Assembly (NCBI GenBank): GCA_965204675.1
Contig: OZ242003.1
Coordinates: forward strand, 4,608,375-4,672,374
DNA: 64,000 nucleotides
Direction: 5' to 3'
Source of the DNA: Vicinamibacterales bacterium
Lineage (GTDB): Bacteria > Acidobacteriota > Vicinamibacteria > Vicinamibacterales > UBA8438
The position numbers and the translations under genes were made by a program. This document shows positions 63,862 through 64,000 of this stretch, one piece after another. Each line of letters opens with the position of its first letter. The first letter of the stretch is position 1. The notes beneath the pieces are model-generated. The model did no database searches and was not told where the DNA came from. It saw nothing but the letters and a program-made list of their open reading frames with translations.

Positions 63862-64000
63862 CACTCTCCCGCCAGTCAGAGCATGCACCCGGGACCGCTC
63901 GTCCGCGACGCCACCGCCATCGTCACTCTCCCGCCAGTCAGAGCATGCATCCGCGACCGCTCGTCCGCGACGCCACCGCCATCGTCACTCTCCCGCCAGT
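63861..64000. repeat. 62-bp tandem repeat (at least 2.3 copies, runs off the window end) spanning the RBS and start of the GH88-like gene
   Basis: TCACTCTCCCGCCAGTCAGAGCATGCA starts at 63861, 63923 and 63985. On the minus strand each unit reads CTGACTGGCGGGAGAGTGA(C/T)GATGG. Confidence 0.9.

Overview
High-GC (about 70 %) bacterial chromosomal window, densely coding on both strands. I support about 50 CDSs; most of the very long ORFs in the six-frame track are GC-driven shadow frames. I recognised no rRNA, tRNA, CRISPR array, transposase or integrase. The lineage cannot be assigned from the sequence alone. The many exported enzymes, a DUF1552 protein, PSCyt-type haem modules and NHL proteins suggest a diderm such as Gemmatimonadota, Acidobacteriota or Planctomycetota, but that is a guess.

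Main content:
- Exported redox and hydrolytic enzymes: three PQQ quinoproteins, a partial c-type cytochrome, a form-II CoxSLM-type molybdoenzyme, an orphan XDH-family Mo subunit next to a ThDP decarboxylase, a sulfite-oxidase-family Mo protein, two PAL-like NHL propellers, a haem c plus Cu-monooxygenase-like fusion, an amidohydrolase, a VOC protein and a prolyl oligopeptidase.
- A complete Na+-translocating glutaconyl-CoA-decarboxylase-like operon with an embedded acyl-CoA dehydrogenase at 9.6-14.4 kb.
- Four paralogs of an uncharacterised secreted protein family, scattered through the window.
- An accessory, defence-like patch at 44-57 kb. It holds a Uma2 nuclease, an intact mcrC with a 5'-truncated mcrB, a DUF222-HNH gene, and two divergent copies of an unknown small partner plus AbiEii/DUF1814 nucleotidyltransferase bicistron. 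Internally deleted gene remnants lie at 26.5 kb and 44.1 kb.
- A recurring sequence-level oddity: short tandem duplications (23-124 bp) that sit on ribosome-binding sites, start codons or gene junctions at six or more loci.

Most interesting candidates: the twin partner+AbiEii modules, the haem-Cu monooxygenase-like operon, the four-member secreted family and the start-region duplication pattern.
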